Shown one piece after another: positions 1 to 6,417 of a stretch of DNA of 64,000 bases; position 1 is the first letter of the stretch; each line of letters begins with the position of its first letter. The translations under genes and the position numbers were made by a program. The stretch is from an uncultured Bacilli bacterium (GTDB lineage Bacteria; Bacillota_I; Bacilli_A; RF39; UBA660): NCBI GenBank assembly GCA_934190785.1, contig CAKPTA010000002.1:59385-123384 (forward strand), in the 5' to 3' direction. Under the pieces are notes generated by a model that saw only the letters and a list, made by a program, of their open reading frames with translations, was not told where the DNA came from and searched no databases.

Positions 1-366
1 TCTTCAAAAGTGGTGAACTCTGGAGAAGTAGTATCAACTATTTTAATAATCACTTTTTTAGATACGTTTTTATGCACAATATTAATATTGTAATCACCAA
101 CAGTAGGTTTATCATTGTTGATAACTAACTTTTTATCAACAATTTTAAAATCATCTGTCACAATTTTATATTCTGTTATATTCTTAATAGAATCAGCATC
201 TTTAATATAATTAGATACATCTGCACTTATTTCCTCTCCTAATTCATAAGTAAATTCTTCTTTTTTTAAAATAATTGTATTAGATTTTTTATGTATTATA
301 AATAATAATCCTACTAAAAATACAACTATTAAACAAATAATTACTAAAACTACTTTTTTCTTCATT
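1..366 (-). CDS. hypothetical membrane-anchored protein (N-terminal part; gene runs off left edge)
   Basis: Open frame from window edge to ATG at 366-364, with SD GGAGGAG at 371-377. N-terminus MKKKVVLVIICLIVVFLVGLLF is a single TM/signal anchor. Absent from the ORF track because truncated. Confidence 0.5.
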
Positions 367-427
367 TTACTCCTCCAACTTCTTATGTCTTTAATGTGGA
401 AGAATCCACATTAATAAATACTTCTAT

Positions 428-889
428 TTAATCAAGTTGAAAATGATATGTTTTCTCATATATAAACTCAACTTGATTTGAATAAACAGCAAGATAATAA
501 TACGCTCGTGCTTTATATCTTCTAACTGTTCTTTCATCTTTTTGGATTTTATTAGATATTTCTCTATCGCTTAATCCATAAAAACATTTCCACTTTAAAA
601 ATTCACCAATAGTTTTATCCTTTTTTTGAATTTTCAATACATTACGGATATAACTTCCTGTTTGATCATCAATCCAAGATAAACGATCTAACAATTTAAC
701 TTCTGAAGAATTGCCACCTTTCTTATTTTCTGAAAACATAACAAAACTTGCTGAATTAAATGGGGTGTTCATTGCTTGTTTTAATCTTTTTTCTACTAAC
801 GGTTGATATAGATCACAAATTTCCTTTCCGTTTTGTGATGTTCTATCCAAATCTATCTTTGATATTATTATATCATCAAATAGTTTCAT
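428..889 (-). CDS. ArpU-like / sigma-70 region-4-like phage transcriptional regulator
   Basis: 153-aa ORF. C-terminal FYGLSDREISNKIQKDERTVRRYKARAYYYLAVY resembles the HTH end of ArpU/RinA-type regulators. TAATG stop/start overlap with the upstream csp. Confidence 0.45.
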   Translation of the reverse strand: MKLFDDIIISKIDLDRTSQNGKEICDLYQPLVEKRLKQAMNTPFNSASFVMFSENKKGGNSSEVKLLDRLSWIDDQTGSYIRNVLKIQKKDKTIGEFLKWKCFYGLSDREISNKIQKDERTVRRYKARAYYYLAVYSNQVEFIYEKTYHFQLD

Positions 890-1119
890 TATTCACTCTT
901 TGTTTCGTCATTTTCTTCAGAAACTGAGATTTTGTGAACATTTACTGCTTTATTCATCTCTTCATCATAATCAAATTCTACTATATCATTTTCATCTAAT
1001 GTTTTAAATCCTTTCATCACAATATCTGAAAAATGAACATATATATCTTGCTCCTTTTCACTTGATGATATGAATCCATATCCTTTCTCACTGCTAAACC
1101 ATTTTACTTTTCCTTGCAT
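889..1119 (-). CDS. cold-shock domain protein (element-borne), acidic C-terminal tail
   Basis: [17 protein letters not shown] (RNP1-like) and DIYVHFSDI (RNP2-like) motifs, plus an extra tail [12 protein letters not shown]. Confidence 0.9.
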   Translation of the reverse strand: MQGKVKWFSSEKGYGFISSSEKEQDIYVHFSDIVMKGFKTLDENDIVEFDYDEEMNKAVNVHKISVSEENDETKSE

Positions 1120-1655
1120 ATTTTCTTTCCTTTCTTTTCTTTTATTTCATTACTACCTACTGCTATATTATATAATCTATCAATTCTGTTTGTTAATTGA
1201 TTGATTATAATCATTAAAACACTAAATACTACTAATAAATAAAAACTACTCATTAAACTTTTTAACTCTACAAAGTTATAAATTAACAATGCACTAACAG
1301 GTAGAAATAACAAACCACTCACCAAAATACAAAAAATTTTATTTAATGAATATCTTTGTTTTCTACTTAAATATAGAACTACAAATAAAGTTATAATAAA
1401 AGTGACAATATAAATATCTAAAATAAACTTTTTAAAATCAACATAACTTAACAATGTTAGTTCTTTTTCACAACAGATATATTTATCAAATAAGCAGAAG
1501 ATACTATTTGTTGCTAATATTATAAAATAAAGTATTAACCCTAATATTAATAAGTATTTGATTACTTTTAATATTTTAGATAACTTATAATAACTTCTCA
1601 TTCTTTTATTATTTCCTTCGTCACACCAATACTTCTCAGAACTTTCACTACACAA
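1104..1655 (-). CDS. hypothetical polytopic membrane protein
   Basis: 183-aa ORF with about 4 hydrophobic segments. No recognisable motif; start codon uncertain. Confidence 0.4.
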   Translation of the reverse strand: MCSESSEKYWCDEGNNKRMRSYYKLSKILKVIKYLLILGLILYFIILATNSIFCLFDKYICCEKELTLLSYVDFKKFILDIYIVTFIITLFVVLYLSRKQRYSLNKIFCILVSGLLFLPVSALLIYNFVELKSLMSSFYLLVVFSVLMIIINQLTNRIDRLYNIAVGSNEIKEKKGKKICKEK

Positions 1656-1672
1656 ATCTTCATAAATTTGTT

Positions 1673-2023
1673 TTACTTTTTTAATACTGTTCCCTCCTTT
1701 TCTAATTCTAACGAAATGGATAAAGCTCTGTCTATTAGTTTCATAGTTTTCTCATCTAAAGTTTTAATATAAGAAATTATTTGCTCCTTTGAAATAGTTA
1801 AAACGCACTCGCATAATGCCATTTGATTTTTAGCAGTTATAACATGAACAGGTAAATGTGTTTTTTTGAGTTTAGTTGTTAATGGGACAACAATGATTGT
1901 AGGAGAAAATGTATTTCCTAAATTATTTTGAACAACCAAACATGGACGTCTTCCGAATTGAACATGTGATGATATATTTTTTAATTCTACATCATATACC
2001 TTTCCTCTTCTAATTTCATTCAT
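1673..2023 (-). CDS. MazF/PemK-family endoribonuclease toxin
   Basis: GKVYDVEL...GRRPCLVVQNNLGNTFSPTIIVVPLTTKLKKTHLPVHV aligns by eye with B. subtilis EndoA/MazF (RPVLVIQNDIGNRFSPT..LPTHV). Confidence 0.85.
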   Translation of the reverse strand: MNEIRRGKVYDVELKNISSHVQFGRRPCLVVQNNLGNTFSPTIIVVPLTTKLKKTHLPVHVITAKNQMALCECVLTISKEQIISYIKTLDEKTMKLIDRALSISLELEKEGTVLKK

Positions 2024-2286
2024 ATAAAATAACTCTTAACTACACATTCAATCTCTAAAATATAATAAGCATCACGAGGATATTTTACTTTTCTTCTGGG
2101 TTTATGAAACATATCATCATATACAATACGTAATATACAAGGATACCCCTCTTTTCTTAATAATTGTAAAATCTTTTCCCTTCCTAATTTTTTTACTATT
2201 TCTCTACCACAGCAACAGTTCCCATACTTTCTCAGATGATACAAAATCCATTTAGGAATGACAGTATTATCATTAGAAAATCTCAT
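2020..2286 (-). CDS. hypothetical Cys-rich protein; candidate non-canonical antitoxin partner of MazF
   Basis: 4-nt ATGA overlap with the toxin start. The ATG at 2286 is preceded by GGGAGGAG. The protein contains GNCCCG and shows no AbrB/RHH/PHD-like sequence. Confidence 0.35.
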   Translation of the reverse strand: MRFSNDNTVIPKWILYHLRKYGNCCCGREIVKKLGREKILQLLRKEGYPCILRIVYDDMFHKPRRKVKYPRDAYYILEIECVVKSYFI

Positions 2287-2322
2287 AACAGTTGCTCCTC
2301 CCATAAAACTGATGAACTAAAT

Positions 2323-2511
2323 TTAAACTACCTTTATTAAATCTACTGCAAAGTTACTTCTGACATCAAAACATTTAACCTCATCAATACCATCAAACAA
2401 GTAATAAATAGTATTATTACAAATCTTAATGATGGTAAGAAAATAGCCGTGATCTTCAGATAATGCATTATAAATACGATACCTTTCTTTTTCTTTAAAA
2501 ATCACTATCAC
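2323..2511 (-). CDS. hypothetical protein
   Basis: 62-aa ORF (GTG start region, GAGGTG SD) downstream of a predicted extended -10 promoter and operator copies. Confidence 0.3.
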   Translation of the reverse strand: MIVIFKEKERYRIYNALSEDHGYFLTIIKICNNTIYYLFDGIDEVKCFDVRSNFAVDLIKVV

Positions 2512-2535
2512 CTCACTTTACTTTTTTAATATAAT

Positions 2536-2551
2536 GTTTACACTAGTAAAC
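2536..2551. promoter_or_regulatory. operator copy O1: GTTTAC-ACTA-GTAAAC
   Basis: Perfect 6-4-6 inverted repeat, identical to the copy at 2661-2676. Lies in the leader of ORF 2323-2511. Confidence 0.6.
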
Positions 2552-2624
2552 GATATGATTAAAAAAAATAAAATATATACTACTAGAAATTTACTACATA
2601 AAAACACTTCAAATTACTTTCATC

Positions 2625-2633
2625 ATTATACCA
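2625..2633 (-). promoter_or_regulatory. extended -10 promoter element (TGGTATAAT) for the leftward ORF block
   Basis: The reverse complement reads TGgTATAAT. Operator O2 lies where a -35 would be. Confidence 0.45.
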
Positions 2634-2660
2634 CACCACCTCCAAGCTACTTTCAAAGTC

Positions 2661-2676
2661 GTTTACACTAGTAAAC
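2661..2676. promoter_or_regulatory. operator copy O2: GTTTAC-ACTA-GTAAAC
   Basis: Identical to O1, positioned about 30 bp upstream of the TGGTATAAT -10. Confidence 0.6.
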
Positions 2677-2752
2677 ACTTTCTATTAAAATAATAACCTT
2701 TATTTTTATAAAAGTCAATACCCTATTAAAAAAATTATATTCAAATAAATTG

Positions 2753-2773
2753 CTGTATAGTTTTTCTATACAG
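2753..2773 (-). terminator. hairpin after ORF 2786-3085
   Basis: CTGTATAG-TTTTT-CTATACAG perfect 8-bp stem, but the downstream T-run is weak. Confidence 0.4.
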
Positions 2774-2785
2774 CCGATACTCATT

Positions 2786-3085
2786 TCAATCCTTAATAGA
2801 TTTAACATAATTTTCTAAATTAAATAATGTTTTATCCAGTTTGTCTTCGTCTTCAATTGAAATAGTACCGATAGTACCAATTAAATTAAATAATTGTTCC
2901 ATTTTTACTACCAAAGAATTACAATTCATTAAATCATTAATAGTTTTATTGTAATTTTCCTCTAACTTGTTTAATTCTTGTACAACGTATTTCATTACTT
3001 CACAAGGAATATCTTTTCCCTCATTTAGATATTCATTTACTACTGCTAAAACTACTTCTACTTCATTTCTTTTTTCTTTGATCAT
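2786..3085 (-). CDS. hypothetical protein (coiled-coil-like)
   Basis: 99-aa ORF overlapping the end of the upstream 71-aa ORF. No recognisable motif. Confidence 0.35.
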   Translation of the reverse strand: MIKEKRNEVEVVLAVVNEYLNEGKDIPCEVMKYVVQELNKLEENYNKTINDLMNCNSLVVKMEQLFNLIGTIGTISIEDEDKLDKTLFNLENYVKSIKD

Positions 3086-3278
3086 ATATACTTTCCTTTC
3101 CCATAATTGGCACTACATTTAGTGATGTCTTATCTCTAAGTTTATTTAGACACACCTCTAATATCCGAATCGTAGATTCATCATCCAATTGGGTAGATAA
3201 AGTAAAATCTTTCTCACCTTCTACTACGAGAATTTTAATACTTTTCACTTGTCCTACTGAAGACTGTCGTCTATACAA
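3063..3278 (-). CDS. hypothetical protein, first sizeable ORF of the leftward early transcript
   Basis: 71-aa ORF with TTG start preceded by AGGTGA. It occupies the cro-like position opposite the HTH gene but has no obvious HTH. Confidence 0.3.
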   Translation of the reverse strand: MYRRQSSVGQVKSIKILVVEGEKDFTLSTQLDDESTIRILEVCLNKLRDKTSLNVVPIMGKESIYDQRKKK

Positions 3279-3389
3279 AATTTCACCTGCCTTCCTTACT
3301 ATAAGTCAGGATGAAAACATCACCCTAATCATATATGTCATATTACACAACCTCCTACTGCTAAAATATAACTACGTTATATAGAAAAT

Positions 3390-3418
3390 ATTTTATCAAA
3401 AATATCTTAAATTGTCTA
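3390..3418 (-). promoter_or_regulatory. leftward promoter TAGACA-17-TAAAAT
   Basis: -35 at 3413-3418 and -10 at 3390-3395 on the reverse strand. The -35 overlaps operator O3. Confidence 0.45.
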
Positions 3419-3429
3419 CTAGTATAAAC
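3414..3429. promoter_or_regulatory. operator copy O3: GTCTACTAGTATAAAC
   Basis: Exact reverse complement of O4. Variant of the O1/O2 palindrome, followed by the same AAACGATAT context as O1. Confidence 0.6.
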
Positions 3430-3437
3430 GATATAGT

Positions 3438-3466
3438 TTGAAATTAGTTATAAAATTGTTTATACT
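3438..3466 (+). promoter_or_regulatory. rightward promoter TTGAAA-17-TATACT for the HTH repressor gene
   Basis: -35 at 3438-3443 and -10 at 3461-3466. The -10 is embedded in operator O4. Confidence 0.55.
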
Positions 3467-3473
3467 AGTAGAC
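3458..3473. promoter_or_regulatory. operator copy O4: GTTTATACTAGTAGAC
   Basis: Inverted copy of O3, 44 bp away, overlapping the -10 of the rightward promoter. Confidence 0.6.
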
Positions 3474-3534
3474 ATTTTTACAAAAAAATAGTAAAATAAT
3501 ATTGAAGTTAATTTTTTATGAAAGGAGATAAATA

Positions 3535-3957
3535 ATGAGTAGGGAATCTGCTGTAAGACTTATTTTGATTGAATATTTAGAACTGCATAATATGAGTTTA
3601 TCAGAATTCGGGAGAAAATCAAAAGTAAACAAAGCAACATTAAGTAAACTACTAAATAATAAATATGGTAAGATAGGAATATCTGGTGTAATTTTAGGAC
3701 TTATAGCAAATGGTATGTGTATGGATTTGCCTGAACTAGAAGAAAAAATTATTGAATATCAAACTGCATACCAAAATGGTGAAGTAAAACAAAAAACGTA
3801 TACTGATAAAGACAAAATAATCGCTCTTATATCCGATAATATTAAAAAATTAGATGTTGAAGAATTAAAAATTCTACATAGTATTATTTTAGAAGTTGAT
3901 AAAAAGACTCTAAAAAGTTTAGACATAATAATTAAGAATATGAAAAATATGCAATAA
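3535..3957 (+). CDS. HTH (XRE/CI-like) transcriptional regulator, putative element repressor
   Basis: SD AAAGGAGA. N-terminal HTH LSEFGRKSKVNKATLSKLLNNK. It is the only plus-strand gene in the element and diverges from the early ORFs. Confidence 0.6.
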   Translation: MSRESAVRLILIEYLELHNMSLSEFGRKSKVNKATLSKLLNNKYGKIGISGVILGLIANGMCMDLPELEEKIIEYQTAYQNGEVKQKTYTDKDKIIALISDNIKKLDVEELKILHSIILEVDKKTLKSLDIIIKNMKNMQ

Positions 3958-3974
3958 CACATATTTTTTATTTT

Positions 3975-4793
3975 TTAATACGATATTTCATAGTCATCAT
4001 AAAAATTCCTATCATAGTCTTGTTCTTTTTCTTTAAACCATCCTAGCTCTTCGTCCCATTCTATTTCATTTTTATTAAATCTATCAATATTGTTTATGAT
4101 AGATTTTTTTAAGTATCCAAATTTATTATCTATAATCTCATTATATTCATCTAAAAAATGTCTTTTAACCACACTTGATGTAATGTAATGCGTTATTGTC
4201 ACTATATTTGTAAATTCATATTGTTTTAATAACTGTTTAAATAGTTTATCATACTTATACAGTTCTATATCATCATCTTTTAAATAATTTCTTTTAATCA
4301 AATCTTTTGTAATTGAATGGTGTGTCTTATTTGATTTTAAATTGTCTAATTTTAAAGAATTTTTTTCATTTATGGTTTTATCTATTTTATCTATTTGTTC
4401 TTTAGTATTTTCTTTATTAGTATTTATTTGTGTGCCTTTTTCGGTATCTCCTTTAACGGCATCTCCCTTTTGGGTATCTGGATGATCTTTCTCTAATACA
4501 TTAACAGGAATTTCTCTAATTATGTAATCGTACTTATAATATCCTTTTTCTCCTCTTCCTTGTTCTCTTACCACATATCCTTTATTTATTAATTCACTCA
4601 ATATATTTCTAATTGCTTTCTTACTTTCTTTACTAACAGCAACTAAACCATTCAAAGAGTAATCCCAGTCCTCTGGTAAACTAAGCATGAATGATAATAA
4701 TCCTTTCGCTTTGTATGATAAATTTCTATCTTGTAAATGATAATTGCTCATAACAGTATAATTCTTCTGTTTTTCTATTTTAAACACTGCCAT
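3975..4793 (-). CDS. winged-helix (HTH_36/RepA_N-like) replication-initiator-like protein
   Basis: N-terminus YTVMSNYHLQDRNLSYKAKGLLSFMLSLPEDWDYSLNGL...ILSELINKGYV matches the pattern typical of Firmicute plasmid/element Rep-like HTH proteins. Confidence 0.5.
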   Translation of the reverse strand: MAVFKIEKQKNYTVMSNYHLQDRNLSYKAKGLLSFMLSLPEDWDYSLNGLVAVSKESKKAIRNILSELINKGYVVREQGRGEKGYYKYDYIIREIPVNVLEKDHPDTQKGDAVKGDTEKGTQINTNKENTKEQIDKIDKTINEKNSLKLDNLKSNKTHHSITKDLIKRNYLKDDDIELYKYDKLFKQLLKQYEFTNIVTITHYITSSVVKRHFLDEYNEIIDNKFGYLKKSIINNIDRFNKNEIEWDEELGWFKEKEQDYDRNFYDDYEISY

Positions 4794-4822
4794 TTTACAT
4801 CATCCTTTCTGTTTTACGACAT

Positions 4823-4847
4823 AAAAAAAGAACTGGATTATCAGTTC
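4823..4847 (-). terminator. rho-independent terminator after int
   Basis: Minus-sense GAACTG-ATAATC-CAGTTC followed by T7. Confidence 0.6.
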
Positions 4848-4871
4848 AATTAATATAAATAACATGTGTTA

Positions 4872-6191
4872 TCAGTATTCCTGCATTAGTTCTTTTGGCT
4901 TTTTTAAAATTGAAATTTCTAACGAATTTGCATAATCTTCAAATTTACTTACAACTTCTTCTTCCATCTTAATAGTCACACGAACATAGATATTATATGT
5001 AGTTTCTATTGTGCTATGTCCTAACCTTTTTGATACTGCTTTTATATCAGCACCAGCTTCAATTAATCTTGTAGCGTGTGTATCTCTAAAGTCATGAAAT
5101 CTACAAGGTATACCTAATTCATAATGTATTACTTTAAATGGATGTTTACATGTATCTGTCCCTTCAAATACTCCATTGTTCTTTACAAATATTAGATGAA
5201 CTTCTGGTAATGCTACATCAATTTCTGCATAAGCATTCACTATTTTTGTTTCTGGTTTATTCGTGTAAGGATTCATAACTTCCTTAGCGTAATGTTTCAT
5301 ATATGAATCACCATATTGTTCTCTAAATATTTCTTGTTCATATTTAAATTCTTTTAGAGCATTTAATAATGTATCACCGATTTCAATTACTCTATGACTT
5401 GATGGAGTTTTACAATTGCCAAAATACCAAACTGTGGTTGAATTTCCTTCTATCAATCTCCTTTTTGTTCCACCAGATTGATTTTTTTTGATAATATTTC
5501 TATCTACTCTCAATGTTTTGTTTTCAAAATCTATATCTTCCCATGTTAATCCAAATACCTCTGATATACGCAATCCAGTATAATATGCAGTTAAAAAAGC
5601 ATAATAGATAGTATGACTATTTCTAAACCTATTAAAAATAATCTCTATTTCTTCTGGTGTAAATATATGTGCAGGATCAGCTTGGGGTACATCATACTTT
5701 GGTATTTTGACTTTTAATGCAGGATTAATTTTAATGAATCCAACTACATCAGTTGCATATCCTAATGCTCCTTTTAACACTTTTAAAATTGTTCGTAAAA
5801 AACTTTTAGAAAATCCTTTTTCTACATAAATATTATTTATAAATTCTTGTATCGTTGCTGACGTTATTTGTGATAATCTATAAAACCCTAATCTAGGTTT
5901 TATATGATTTTTAATAATATTCTCATAGGTAATTATAGTTGCGTATCTTAAATTAATGTTGCAATACATTTTCATCCAATAATCAAGATAATCAGAAAAC
6001 GATACTGTTGATGGTTTAAAAACATTACCAGTATTTGTATATTCGTTATATGCCTTCATACCAGCTTCATACGCTTCTTGTTTTGTTTTAAAACCAGACT
6101 TGTTAATAAACTTCCTTTTTCCATCTTGTGGTGCTATTTCGAATCTGTATTGATAGTAATTCCCCCTTTTCATTGTGTTCACTTGTGCCAT
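4872..6191 (-). CDS. int: tyrosine site-specific recombinase (phage integrase family)
   Basis: N-terminal arm-binding-like MKRGNYYQYRFEI. C-terminal catalytic region HDFRDTHATRLIEAGADIKAVSKRLGHSTIETTYNIYVRV (R..HxxR..Y). SD GAGGAGG. Confidence 0.9.
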   Translation of the reverse strand: MAQVNTMKRGNYYQYRFEIAPQDGKRKFINKSGFKTKQEAYEAGMKAYNEYTNTGNVFKPSTVSFSDYLDYWMKMYCNINLRYATIITYENIIKNHIKPRLGFYRLSQITSATIQEFINNIYVEKGFSKSFLRTILKVLKGALGYATDVVGFIKINPALKVKIPKYDVPQADPAHIFTPEEIEIIFNRFRNSHTIYYAFLTAYYTGLRISEVFGLTWEDIDFENKTLRVDRNIIKKNQSGGTKRRLIEGNSTTVWYFGNCKTPSSHRVIEIGDTLLNALKEFKYEQEIFREQYGDSYMKHYAKEVMNPYTNKPETKIVNAYAEIDVALPEVHLIFVKNNGVFEGTDTCKHPFKVIHYELGIPCRFHDFRDTHATRLIEAGADIKAVSKRLGHSTIETTYNIYVRVTIKMEEEVVSKFEDYANSLEISILKKPKELMQEY

Positions 6192-6225
6192 AAATTTTTT
6201 CCTCCTCTAAATCTTTTAGAGAACG

Positions 6226-6250
6226 AAAAAAATCAACACGAATGTTGATT
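6226..6250 (-). terminator. rho-independent terminator about 20 nt upstream of the int SD
   Basis: Minus-sense AATCAACA-TTCG-TGTTGATT followed by a T-run. It is the only terminator-like structure between the secA stop and int. Confidence 0.6.
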
Positions 6251-6258
6251 TCATGATT

Positions 6259-6368
6259 TTGTGTGCATAACACAAACCCTTTATTTATATGGGTTAAATA
6301 GATTTGTGTGCATGATTTTTTATTTTTCGCACACAAATTGCACACAATTTAATGATTTTGCACACAAT
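6259..6368. repeat. five copies of TGCACACAA(A)TT (3 direct, 2 inverted): candidate arm-type Int/Xis or regulator sites
   Basis: Direct copies start at 6329, 6340 and 6360. Inverted copies lie at 6259-6268 and 6304-6313. In addition, the 10-mer ACAAACCCTT occurs at 6272-6281 and 6398-6407. Confidence 0.7.
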
Positions 6369-6417
6369 TTAGTATTTTTTTGACTAATTCCAATCGTACA
6401 AACCCTTATAAAATAAG

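Larger units (their letters stand above)
1..6417. mobile_element. phage-like integrative element inserted next to secA 3' end (left boundary not in window or undefined)
   Basis: Tyrosine integrase at the secA-proximal edge, Rep-like protein, divergent repressor/operator module, MazF toxin, ArpU-like regulator, and clustered short repeats between int and secA. Confidence 0.6.

Noticed and set aside
3307-3356. AGGAGG followed after 9 nt by an 11-codon ORF (MTYMIRVMFSS) in the leader of the leftward early transcript of the element.
   Set aside because: Too short to support as a gene from sequence alone. It could be a leader peptide, but nothing further supports that.
6103-6345. 80-aa minus-strand ORF spanning the int start and the repeat cluster (a possible Xis?).
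   Set aside because: It overlaps the int N-terminus out of frame and reads through the terminator hairpin and repeats. It has no SD and no excisionase-like sequence.
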